A stretch of 64,000 nt of DNA, taken from contig JBMNKK010000001.1 in assembly GCA_050952125.1 (NCBI GenBank), positions 117,972 through 181,971 of the forward strand. The letters run 5' to 3'. Below are positions 8,923-17,651 of this stretch, piece by piece (the first letter of the stretch is position 1; each line of letters begins with the position of its first letter). Source of the stretch: Bacillota bacterium (GTDB taxonomy: Bacteria > Bacillota > Sulfobacillia > Fermentithermobacillales > Fermentithermobacillaceae). The notes under the pieces are model-generated. The model had not been told where the DNA came from. It did not search any database and worked only from the letters and a program-made list of their open reading frames with translations. The position numbers and the translations under genes are program-made.

Positions 8923-10545
8923 GTGAATCGTTCAATGACTACAGTGGGCGGCCTATCAACGGCCGCCCACCCTTTGGCAGCAATGGCGGGGGCATGGGTT
9001 CAGGCCCGCGGGGGCAACGCGGTTGACGCGGCTGTAGCTACGGCCTTCGCGCTCCCGGTCGTCGAACCGATGATGTCGGGCGTCCTCGGGCGCGGCTGCT
9101 ACGTGTACGCACCGGTTGACGGCGACCCGGTTACCGTCGACTTCTACTCGGCAGCGCCCGGAAAAGCCACTCCCGATATGTTTAGGTGGATAGAATCTCC
9201 CACCCAGGGAGGCTACCGCTTCTACACTGAAGGCGACCTCAATACGACCGGCCATCTATCGGTTACGGCAAGCGGGTTCTCTCACGCTATGGCCGATCTC
9301 CTGGCCAAGCACGGGACAATGACGTTGGAAGATGTCCTTGCTCCGGCCGCAGACTTTGCCGAAAGAGGGTTTAAGGTATCTCCCAGGCTCCACAGGAACC
9401 TGGTACGCCTGAAGGCGAGACTGGACCAGCACCCCAATGAAGCTATGTCAAAGGTCTGGTTCCCGGAAGGTCAAGTCCCCCCTATCGGCGCAACCGTGAA
9501 ACAGCCTGACCTTGCCCGTACGCTCAGGCTTATCGGGCGCGAGGGGCCGGACGCGGTCTCTACAGGCGAGGTCGCTCAGGCAATCCTGGCCGATGTGAAA
9601 GGACACGGAGGCATTCTGTCGTCAGAAGACATTGAAGATCCGTGGAGATGGGTGGTCAAGAAGAGAACTCCTGTGGCAGGGATCTACAGGGACTGCGAAG
9701 TGCTTGGAGCGGCACCTTCCACTTCGGGAGGCACTACCGTTCTGGAGATCCTCAACATGCTGGAAACTCAGGAGCTCTGCCCCAAGAACAGGATGAGCGA
9801 GGCGCACCTAAGGGCTCTTGTCGGTGCCATGGTAAGAGCGTTTGCCGACAGGGCGTCATACTCGTGGGATCCGGCTTTTGACGAGATCCCTGTGGATACT
9901 CTCATATCAAAAGAGTACGCCGCGAGGAAGATGAAGGAGCCTGTGGCCCCGTTCAAAGCCGCCGAGGATCGAGAATCTCACACCTCTCACCACTCGCATG
10001 TTGATGCTGCCGGCAATATGGTCGCCGTAACTCAGAGTCTCGGTGACGCCTTTGGAGCGGGAGCTATGGTGCCGGAATACGGACTAACGTACGACAACGC
10101 CATGAAGCTCTTTGACCCGAGGCCGGGACGGATGAACTCTATCACAGCCAACAAGAAGCCGCTCGGGAGCATGTCGCCGACCATCCTGAAGAAAGACGGC
10201 CGGCCGTTCATGTCCTTGGGCAGCCCTTCGGGCACGAGGATCATCAATGCTGTAGTTCAGGTCATATCCAACGTCGTAGACTTCGGTGATGACCTGCAGA
10301 AGGCGATCGACATGCCGCGAATCCACTGGTCGGGCGACGAGTTGGAGCTCGAAAACAGGATGCCCGTGGGCGTCCTGGAGACCCTCAAGAGCTTCGGCTT
10401 CTCTCCCATTGTTAAGGCAGCATGGGATGAGTGGTTTGGCGGCGTCAACGCTGTGATGGACCTTGGCCGCGGCATAAGAGCGGCGGGATCGGATCCGCGC
10501 CGAGAGGCCGGCGCTGCGGGATGGCATGTAATGACCCACTCGTGA
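8923..10545 (+). CDS. ggt: Gamma-glutamyltranspeptidase (Ntn hydrolase)
   Basis: 540 aa. GGT-like sequence including a T-S-H-H-S-H-V-D region resembling the autoprocessing site TTHFSVVD. Start refined to the GTG at 8923, 6 nt after GGAAGGAGAG. Confidence 0.8.
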   Translation: MNRSMTTVGGLSTAAHPLAAMAGAWVQARGGNAVDAAVATAFALPVVEPMMSGVLGRGCYVYAPVDGDPVTVDFYSAAPGKATPDMFRWIESPTQGGYRFYTEGDLNTTGHLSVTASGFSHAMADLLAKHGTMTLEDVLAPAADFAERGFKVSPRLHRNLVRLKARLDQHPNEAMSKVWFPEGQVPPIGATVKQPDLARTLRLIGREGPDAVSTGEVAQAILADVKGHGGILSSEDIEDPWRWVVKKRTPVAGIYRDCEVLGAAPSTSGGTTVLEILNMLETQELCPKNRMSEAHLRALVGAMVRAFADRASYSWDPAFDEIPVDTLISKEYAARKMKEPVAPFKAAEDRESHTSHHSHVDAAGNMVAVTQSLGDAFGAGAMVPEYGLTYDNAMKLFDPRPGRMNSITANKKPLGSMSPTILKKDGRPFMSLGSPSGTRIINAVVQVISNVVDFGDDLQKAIDMPRIHWSGDELELENRMPVGVLETLKSFGFSPIVKAAWDEWFGGVNAVMDLGRGIRAAGSDPRREAGAAGWHVMTHS

Positions 10546-10589
10546 GCGTTACGCCAAAGGGCAACTAGCGCCAAAATGCAGCTGCAAAG

Positions 10590-10617
10590 AACTGGCTCTC
10601 CTAAGGGAGAGCCAGTT
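10590..10617. terminator. Bidirectional terminator hairpin between convergent ggt and E2
   Basis: Perfect inverted repeat aactggctctcc-taag-ggagagccagtt. Confidence 0.55.
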
Positions 10618-10697
10618 CCGGATCTCAGCCGGCCATCATCAGCTGAGTAGAAGGACTGAAGCGCGTTCGATGGCATCCACCGAAGCTCGATGGACTT

Positions 10698-11315
10698 TTA
10701 TTCCTTTGCCATTTTGTTCAGGATCTTCTCTGCCCGTGCAGGGTTAAAGATGCCGCAGGGACAGAGCCGACCCAACCTCTTGGCTGCCTTTTCAGCGGTT
10801 GTACGTCCCTTCTTCACGTCTTCTGCAAGCTTCTCCACTATCGCCGCGGAGATCATGTGGTGACCGCACATCGTCGTGATAGCCAACACGTCCTCTGACG
10901 GGAGCAGCTCTTTCTTGCCCCATACCCCAAGCGAGAAGTTGATGGTATGCGGAACCACTCCCGCCTCGGCGCACGCCGGTATCACCTTGTCTAGAAGCCC
11001 GCTGATGATGACCGAGATCCCGAGGTCGGCCTCCTTCACCATCTTGAGAAACTTAACGACCTGCTCCTGTGAGGTAAAGGCTCCCCGGAGGCGCGATTTG
11101 TCTGAAATGTTCTTCCTAATCTCTTCTGGAGAGACCTCCAGGATATTGCCTGATTTCACATCTCCCCAGTTTATCGAGTCGCATGCCTCGGCGGCATCCA
11201 TGAACACTAGAGCCTTGTCTTTGATGTTCTTGTCGTTGACGCCTTGAGCCTGGTACATCAACCAAGCGTAATCTTCTTCCAAGAAGGGGCCGCTTCTATG
11301 TAGCGTGTGAGTCAT
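10698..11315 (-). CDS. Conserved Cys-rich protein of unknown function E2
   Basis: Homolog of E1, with MTHTLHRSG, ITTMCGHHMIS and CPCGIFN. ATG start with GGAGGG RBS. Confidence 0.7.
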   Translation of the reverse strand: MTHTLHRSGPFLEEDYAWLMYQAQGVNDKNIKDKALVFMDAAEACDSINWGDVKSGNILEVSPEEIRKNISDKSRLRGAFTSQEQVVKFLKMVKEADLGISVIISGLLDKVIPACAEAGVVPHTINFSLGVWGKKELLPSEDVLAITTMCGHHMISAAIVEKLAEDVKKGRTTAEKAAKRLGRLCPCGIFNPARAEKILNKMAKE

Positions 11316-11359
11316 CTCGAACCCTCCGTTTTCTTCATCTCTTGCTGAAATGAGCCAGT

Positions 11360-12118
11360 CTAGGGAACCAGAGGTCGCCCCAGCCCCACGTTGACCTTTC
11401 CTCTAATGGGAGTAACGCCGAATTTGTCCAGAACCTTGAGGCTCGGGTGATAGCCGTTTGCATCGGTTCTCAAGACTAGGCCCACCGAAAACACGGTGTC
11501 GACCTTATCCTCTACATCGCGAAGGGCCTGAAGCACGTCACCAAGCTTGGAGAGTTCGCACTTGCCCTCAACGATAATTGACAGAAGGTAGTGGTCTTTT
11601 ATCGAGGGATCCATGACGCCGGTCTCAATATCCAAAACCTGACCCAAGGGACTGTGCTCGGCGCTCTCCAGTTTCAGGCCAGCCTTCACCACAGCTTTGG
11701 CAACGGTCTCAACATCGGCCATCCGCACTCCCACGCCGGGCCTTCCCATGTCGATGGCGATGCCGGCTTCATCACGTCCAAACCTGCCGGTTACATCGTT
11801 GGTCTTTGCCTCTTCAGTGCCTCGTCCGGGCACTCCCGTTTCGGCAGTAGTCTCCGTCGGGTCGCTGAGGATATGGCGAAACATATCGTTGAAGGTCTCA
11901 AGAGGACCGGGAGACATGGCTTTCGTCGGGCATACGTCGTTACGCACGCAAACGTAGCAGTCGGTGCACTTATGCGGATCGACTAGAGCCAGCCCATCCT
12001 CTACCTCTATGGCTCCGACCGTACAGTACGGGACACAATTCCCGCACCCCACGCACTTTTCAGGGTCAATTATGATCAAAGGGTATCCCTCCAGCCGATA
12101 TTGGATTTTGTATACCAC
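11360..12118 (-). CDS. 2x[4Fe-4S] ferredoxin-domain protein Fd2
   Basis: CVGCGNCVPYCTVGA and CTDCYVCVRNDVCP cluster motifs. TGVPGRGTEEAKTNDVTGR matches Fd1. Confidence 0.75.
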   Translation of the reverse strand: MVYKIQYRLEGYPLIIIDPEKCVGCGNCVPYCTVGAIEVEDGLALVDPHKCTDCYVCVRNDVCPTKAMSPGPLETFNDMFRHILSDPTETTAETGVPGRGTEEAKTNDVTGRFGRDEAGIAIDMGRPGVGVRMADVETVAKAVVKAGLKLESAEHSPLGQVLDIETGVMDPSIKDHYLLSIIVEGKCELSKLGDVLQALRDVEDKVDTVFSVGLVLRTDANGYHPSLKVLDKFGVTPIRGKVNVGLGRPLVP

Positions 12119-12329
12119 ACAACAAGGATACTTTGCCAGTCACATAGGAAATTCCTTCTGAAATACGAGTCAAAATGAAGGAAAATCACATGCTTTTCTT
12201 GAAATGCATGTATGCAATGTACGTGGCATACACCATATCGCATTTCGTAGTTCACAGATAAGGAGGTGACGTTTGGAGCCTGTCAATACACCCGCTTGAG
12301 TTAGGTTCAGTAGAGGAGGTTTCAAGAGC

Positions 12330-13673
12330 GTGGAGTCAAAGCTCGCGAAGTACATCCGCGACAACCGCCAGAAGTTTATCGATGAGCTTAGGGAGTTTCT
12401 CCAGCAGCCAACGATAGCCGCGGAAGGGATCGGCGGCGAAGAAGGCGCCAGGCTGGTCGAGCAATACCTCGCGAAACGGAACGTCAAGACAAGGCGCCTG
12501 CCTAACCCCGGAAATCCGGTTATCTACGGTGAGGTTGAGGGCGAATCAGACAAGACGGTGCTGCTCTACTGTCATTACGATGTACAGCCGATTGGAAGCG
12601 AGAGCGACTGGCAGTATCCCCCGTTTGCGGCTACGCTGGTCGGTGACCGGTTGTGGGGACGCGGGAGCGGCGACCACAAAGGATGCCTTCTATCCCGCAT
12701 ACAGGCTTTGGAAGCAGTCATGGCAGTCTACGGAAAACCCGCGCCAACGGTCAAGTTCCTCCTTGAGGCCGACGAAGAGACCGGGAGCCCGTATCTGGCC
12801 AAAGTGATGGAGGAAAACCGCAATCTACTGAAGGCAGACGGTAGTCTGTACTCCGGCAGGTTTAAGGACCCGGAAGGCCGGCCGATGATAGCCGCGGGAG
12901 GTTCCGGCTCATGTAGGATCCGCCTGACCGCCAGCGGCGCCAACGTTAACCTGCACCCCATGAACGCCACCCTTGTTTCTAACCCAATCCTGAGGCTCAT
13001 CCGGGCCGTATCGCTCATAGTCGACGACAGCCAAAGGATAACGGTACCGGGAGTTAGAGAAGCCGTTCTGGAACCGACGAAGGAAGACCGGGAGGTACTT
13101 GAGAACTTCCCGCTTGACGAGGAAGGAATCAAGAAGTCTCTCGGAATCGACAGCTTCATCGCCAACTTGACGGGGCGCGAAGCCGTCATGCACCAATTCT
13201 TCGAGCCTCGTGTCATGGTAGCCGGTATCGAGACAAGTGCGGGAGAGCATCTAATCCCTTCGGTGCCCGCCAGCGCGAGTATTACCTTGGGCTTCAGCTT
13301 ATTTGTCGATCAAGAACCGGACACGGTCTTCGAACAGGTTCGCTCACACTTGATATCCCACGGATTCGGCGATCTCCGCATCGAATTGCTGGGTGGAAAG
13401 CCGCCGGCAAAGACTCCGATAGCAGATCCGCTTGTTCAAAGCCTAATCTCCGCTGCGAAGGCGACCTACGGACAGGATCCTGTAGTCTATCCCACGACCC
13501 TTGGCGCCGGCCCGTGGAGCCTCTTCATCAAGCAGAACGGGATACCCATGGCTTCAGATCCCGGCGTCGCTCACTCGGGATCCAATTACCACGCTCCGAA
13601 CGAAAATATCTATCTGAGCGACTACTTCCAGGGGCTGGAATGCATGGCAAGATTCCTGGTCTCGTACAAGTAA
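12330..13673 (+). CDS. M20A-family dipeptidase/metallo-hydrolase (M20-2)
   Basis: 447 aa. YCHYDVQP motif typical of M20 dipeptidases (PepV/ArgE/DapE superfamily). GTG start, RBS GAGGAGG. Confidence 0.75.
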   Translation: MESKLAKYIRDNRQKFIDELREFLQQPTIAAEGIGGEEGARLVEQYLAKRNVKTRRLPNPGNPVIYGEVEGESDKTVLLYCHYDVQPIGSESDWQYPPFAATLVGDRLWGRGSGDHKGCLLSRIQALEAVMAVYGKPAPTVKFLLEADEETGSPYLAKVMEENRNLLKADGSLYSGRFKDPEGRPMIAAGGSGSCRIRLTASGANVNLHPMNATLVSNPILRLIRAVSLIVDDSQRITVPGVREAVLEPTKEDREVLENFPLDEEGIKKSLGIDSFIANLTGREAVMHQFFEPRVMVAGIETSAGEHLIPSVPASASITLGFSLFVDQEPDTVFEQVRSHLISHGFGDLRIELLGGKPPAKTPIADPLVQSLISAAKATYGQDPVVYPTTLGAGPWSLFIKQNGIPMASDPGVAHSGSNYHAPNENIYLSDYFQGLECMARFLVSYK

Positions 13674-13686
13674 GGAGGTGTGCTAA

Positions 13687-14460
13687 GTGGTTGAAGGACG
13701 CGTAGCAAGCTTCATACTGCTGGTCATGACAGCAGTAGCCGTCTATCTCTCAGTGCAGAGAGCCCGGTCAGGTATACTCCCGGAACTTCGTAAAATCGCC
13801 GCGTTTGACGCTATAGAAGAGGCAGTCGGTAGAGCGACTGAGCTAGGTCGCCCGGTGCTCTTCACTCCGGGCAAGGGCGACATCACGGACATCGGCGGCC
13901 CTCAGGTCCTTGCAGGTTTGGACATGCTATCGTATGTTTCCCAGTTGACCGCTAGGTACAAGGCAGGACTCGTAGCGACCATTCCCGTGCCGACCGTTCA
14001 GCCTATCGCGGAAGACGTCATCCACACATCCTACATAAGAGAGGGGCAGTCAGACGCCTATAGCCCGGATATGGTCCGCTTTGTCTCCCCCGAGCAGATG
14101 GCGTACGCCACCGGTACAGCGGGCGTTGTCATGCGCGAACAGGTCGCAGCGACCTTCCTGGTAGGACCCTTCTACGGCGAGTCGCTGATCATTGCCGAAT
14201 CTGCGGCGCAGCTGGGAGCCATCCAGATAGCGGGAACCGCCAGGATGGTCCAGATCCCCTTCTTCGTCGGCGCTTGCGACTACGCCCTCATCGGCGAAGA
14301 GATGTACGCAACCAGCGCCTATCTGACAGGGGATCCTGTACAATTGGGCATTATCCATGGCCAGGATACCGTACGCGCCATCACGATCCTTCTCATCGTT
14401 ATCGGATCCCTTCTCACGACGGTTGGAGTAGATAGCCTGACAACACTCATCAGAATGTAA
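13687..14460 (+). CDS. Uncharacterised bitopic membrane protein A2
   Basis: Paralog of A1 (QIPFFVGACDY; KIAAFDAIEEAVGRA). Confidence 0.75.
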   Translation: MVEGRVASFILLVMTAVAVYLSVQRARSGILPELRKIAAFDAIEEAVGRATELGRPVLFTPGKGDITDIGGPQVLAGLDMLSYVSQLTARYKAGLVATIPVPTVQPIAEDVIHTSYIREGQSDAYSPDMVRFVSPEQMAYATGTAGVVMREQVAATFLVGPFYGESLIIAESAAQLGAIQIAGTARMVQIPFFVGACDYALIGEEMYATSAYLTGDPVQLGIIHGQDTVRAITILLIVIGSLLTTVGVDSLTTLIRM

Positions 14461-14477
14461 AAAGGTGGTGAAATGCC

Positions 14478-15095
14478 GTGCGAAGAGAAGTTCCGTTATT
14501 GGTTGGCGGATTGACAGGCTTCCTGTTTGTGGTCGAGTACTTCTTCAATGTTCCCTTCCTGAGTGAAACAGCCAAGGCAGTTCAAAGCTGGGTTGTCGTC
14601 ATATCAGCGTTCATGATGGGGCTGGGAGCTATCAACCTCCTCCGCATCCACTCCAGAAACCTGGTCAACCCCAGAAGGACAAGTAAGCTGAACTCAGTAC
14701 TCATGCTGGGCTCTCTCCTATGCATGTCTTTCACAGGTATCGTCCTTGGCCAAGACAGCCCTTTCTTCAAGACACTCTTCAGCAGCGTGTATGAACCACT
14801 AGGAGCAACAGCATTCGCGACGCTCATGTTCTATGCCGCCACTGTCGTCTTCAGATCGTTCAGGTTCAGAAATTTGGCCACCACACTCTTCATGGCTTCG
14901 GCCGCTCTCGTCATTTTCGGCCGCTCTCCGCTTGGAGAAGCATTGGTGCCGGTCGCTAAGACGCTGGCCGACTGGATCTTCAAGATCCCGAACCTCGCCG
15001 GACAGAGAGGTATCATGATAGGTTCGGCTATCGGCGCCGTCTCTGTCAGCCTCCGGGTGATCCTAGGAGTAGACCGCAAATATCTCGGTGAATAG
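14478..15095 (+). CDS. Uncharacterised polytopic membrane protein B2
   Basis: Paralog of B1. Confidence 0.7.
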   Translation: MRREVPLLVGGLTGFLFVVEYFFNVPFLSETAKAVQSWVVVISAFMMGLGAINLLRIHSRNLVNPRRTSKLNSVLMLGSLLCMSFTGIVLGQDSPFFKTLFSSVYEPLGATAFATLMFYAATVVFRSFRFRNLATTLFMASAALVIFGRSPLGEALVPVAKTLADWIFKIPNLAGQRGIMIGSAIGAVSVSLRVILGVDRKYLGE

Positions 15096-15936
15096 TGAGG
15101 TGAGAATCGTGGATTGGCTTAGGAATCTCGATAGACGGATCATCTATGCGATAGTGTTTCTTTCACTGCTATTGCCTTTAGCCTGGCCTATCGGTTCACC
15201 GGTCAGCGTTAGCACGTGGACCAGAGCGGTTTACGAAGCCATCGAAGGTCTCTCCCCTGGCGACACGATTCTGTTCGCCATGGATATCAGCGTTACGTCA
15301 TCAGCTGACGAGCTTCCTCAGGCAACAACGGTGCTCCGTCACCTGATGTCTCGTGACATCCGTGTTATTTTCGTAAACTTCGTCCCCACCGGCGCGCCGT
15401 ACACGGCTGACGCTATAGCTCAGTATGAGAAAGAAGGCAAGGTGTACGGTGAAGACTTCGCTCACCTGGGATACGTTGCAGGGCTCGAGTCAGGCATGGT
15501 TGCCTTCTTTGCCGATATGGCCGGCACGACTCCGACAGACGCACGGGGAAACAGGACATCTTCCCTGCCCATCATGAAGGGCATCAACAGCCTCCACGAT
15601 GTGGAACTCGTAGTCGCCAACGTGGGAGGGACTCCCGGAATCGCGGAATGGGTCAGGCAAGCCCACGTACCCTACAACAGCAAGCGGCTCTTGGTAAACG
15701 CGCTTGGCCCGCACTTTGGCCTCATTGAGCCCTACATCCAGTCCAAACAGGTCGTGGGTGTCCTTGCCGGTTCCAGGGGCGCGGCCGAGTATGAATCCCT
15801 CACGAAGATGCCCGGGCTGGGCGCCGCCATGATGGACTCACAGTCAATCGGGCTCATGTCCATTCTGGCCATCATGATCTTGGGCAACATCGTGCATTTC
15901 GTAGATAAACGGAAAGCAAAGGGAGGGACAAAGTGA
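15088..15936 (+). CDS. Uncharacterised bitopic membrane protein C2
   Basis: Paralog of C1. Overlaps B2 by 8 nt. Confidence 0.7.
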   Translation: MNSEVRIVDWLRNLDRRIIYAIVFLSLLLPLAWPIGSPVSVSTWTRAVYEAIEGLSPGDTILFAMDISVTSSADELPQATTVLRHLMSRDIRVIFVNFVPTGAPYTADAIAQYEKEGKVYGEDFAHLGYVAGLESGMVAFFADMAGTTPTDARGNRTSSLPIMKGINSLHDVELVVANVGGTPGIAEWVRQAHVPYNSKRLLVNALGPHFGLIEPYIQSKQVVGVLAGSRGAAEYESLTKMPGLGAAMMDSQSIGLMSILAIMILGNIVHFVDKRKAKGGTK

Positions 15937-15937
15937 C

Positions 15938-16561
15938 ATGGCTACTGACGTCAGCACTTGGATTGCCGCAATCGCTAGCCTCTGCATGCTGTCGCTCCTA
16001 CTAGGAGACAACCCGTTCTTCAGCGCAGCTGAACATATATACGTCGGGCTGGGTGCCGGTTACTACCTGGTCCTGGGGTTCCAGAATATCAAGAACATGG
16101 CGTGGGGACCGCTGGTCAGAGGTGAAGGCATCATCTACGTTGTTCCGCTGATCCTGGGACTCCTTGTCTACACTCGATACTTCAAATCGGTCAGCTACCT
16201 CAGCCGCATATCGGCTTCGATCGTGGTATGCATGGGAGCAGCCATCGGTCTCAGAGGCTCCATCGTCAGCGATTTCGCCAAGCAGATTGAATCGACTATC
16301 TCACTGCCGCTGAACTCCTTTGACAACTTAGTGGTTGTCGTCGGAACGGCCGCGACCCTCGGGTACTTCTACTTCACCAAACTGAAGTCGCCCGGCCTCG
16401 CAAAGGTTCAGAAAGCGGTAAGCGTGACAGGTCAATCGGTGATGATGGTAGCGCTGGGAGCCTTGTTTGCGAACAGCATGTTCACTTTTGCGGCGAGGCT
16501 GATAGGAAGGCTTCAGTTCCTCTTCGGAGAGTGGATTCACTTCGTCAAGCTTCCTTCTTAA
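15938..16561 (+). CDS. Uncharacterised polytopic membrane protein D2
   Basis: Paralog of D1. Confidence 0.7.
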   Translation: MATDVSTWIAAIASLCMLSLLLGDNPFFSAAEHIYVGLGAGYYLVLGFQNIKNMAWGPLVRGEGIIYVVPLILGLLVYTRYFKSVSYLSRISASIVVCMGAAIGLRGSIVSDFAKQIESTISLPLNSFDNLVVVVGTAATLGYFYFTKLKSPGLAKVQKAVSVTGQSVMMVALGALFANSMFTFAARLIGRLQFLFGEWIHFVKLPS

Positions 16562-16594
16562 CACCTAGCCGAAGCTGCAGACATGTTCAGGAGA

Positions 16595-16626
16595 AGGGGC
16601 GGGCTTAGAGCCCGTCCCTTTGCTAT
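16595..16626 (+). terminator. Rho-independent terminator after D2
   Basis: aggggcgggc-ttaga-gcccgtccct hairpin followed by ttgctat. Confidence 0.55.
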
Positions 16627-16718
16627 GCCAGCCGAGGAATCTGTGTGAAGAGCGTAGAACCCCTCCCTATTGACTCATTTACCGCCGCGTGCATTGAACT
16701 CTGAACGGAGGTATCGCC

Positions 16719-17543
16719 ATGTCTGACACATCAAAACTGCATACTGAAGTCGAGTCTCGCGCTACCGGGCGTTTCGAGGGCCGCGTTCCGGATCTCACAA
16801 GGCTTCTCGAACCTGCCGGCGGCGAGTGGGCCGTGGTGATTGACGATCTGGATGGCAAGGGAAGCCTCTCTTTTGACGCGGCATCCCCGTTTACCGCGGC
16901 GTCGGTCATCAAGATCCCTATAATGATGACGGCCTTTCATCAAGCCAGAGAGGGCAAGATCCGCCTCGATGACACCATAGTCCTCAGGAATGAGGATAAG
17001 GTTGGAGGCTCCGGGGTGCTCCGCGAGTTCCACGCGGGACTTTCGCTGACGCTGCTTGATGCCATACACATGATGATAGTCGTTAGCGACAACACCGGGA
17101 CAAACCTGACCATGGATGCCGTCGGACGGGAATCCGTGAACGAGTATGTTCTCGATAAAGGGTGCAAAAACACACGCCTGGAAGCCCACTTGATGCGTCC
17201 GAAACCCCAAGGGCCGTGGAACAAGATCACGGCTGAAGACATCGGGCTCCTCCTAAGAGGACTGGCCGACAGGACCATCGAGAACCCCGGCGACTGCGAT
17301 ACCATGATCGACATCATGAAAAGGCAGCAGTACAACCACAAACTGCCGAGGTTTCTACCGAAGGGCGTTGTGTGCGCCCACAAGACGGGAGAAGTAAGGG
17401 GCGTAACCCATGACGCGGGCATCGTGTATGCTCCGGATGCACGGTTCGTGATCGTGTGCCTGTCGCAAAAGCTGGAGGACGTTGACATCGGCAACCGCGT
17501 GATCGGCGAAGTCGCGAAGTGGGCCTACGGAGTGCTGAAATAG
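16719..17543 (+). CDS. Class-A beta-lactamase-fold serine hydrolase, no signal peptide
   Basis: S-x-x-K (AASVIKIP), SDN (VVSDNTG) and KTG (HKTGEV) motifs are present. No N-terminal secretion signal. Confidence 0.75.
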   Translation: MSDTSKLHTEVESRATGRFEGRVPDLTRLLEPAGGEWAVVIDDLDGKGSLSFDAASPFTAASVIKIPIMMTAFHQAREGKIRLDDTIVLRNEDKVGGSGVLREFHAGLSLTLLDAIHMMIVVSDNTGTNLTMDAVGRESVNEYVLDKGCKNTRLEAHLMRPKPQGPWNKITAEDIGLLLRGLADRTIENPGDCDTMIDIMKRQQYNHKLPRFLPKGVVCAHKTGEVRGVTHDAGIVYAPDARFVIVCLSQKLEDVDIGNRVIGEVAKWAYGVLK

Positions 17544-17548
17544 CGGCC

Positions 17549-17585
17549 GGGGAGCTTGCCTTCTTCTGCGAAGGCAAGCCTCCCC
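17549..17585. terminator. Bidirectional terminator between the bla-like gene and pepF
   Basis: 15-bp perfect stem ggggagcttgccttc / gaaggcaagcctcccc. Confidence 0.6.
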
Positions 17586-17651
17586 CGCCTTCGAGTCTCA
17601 TACCAAATAAACTCGGCCTCTAGTCGAGTGTCTGTGGGTACGCGTCCCGTC

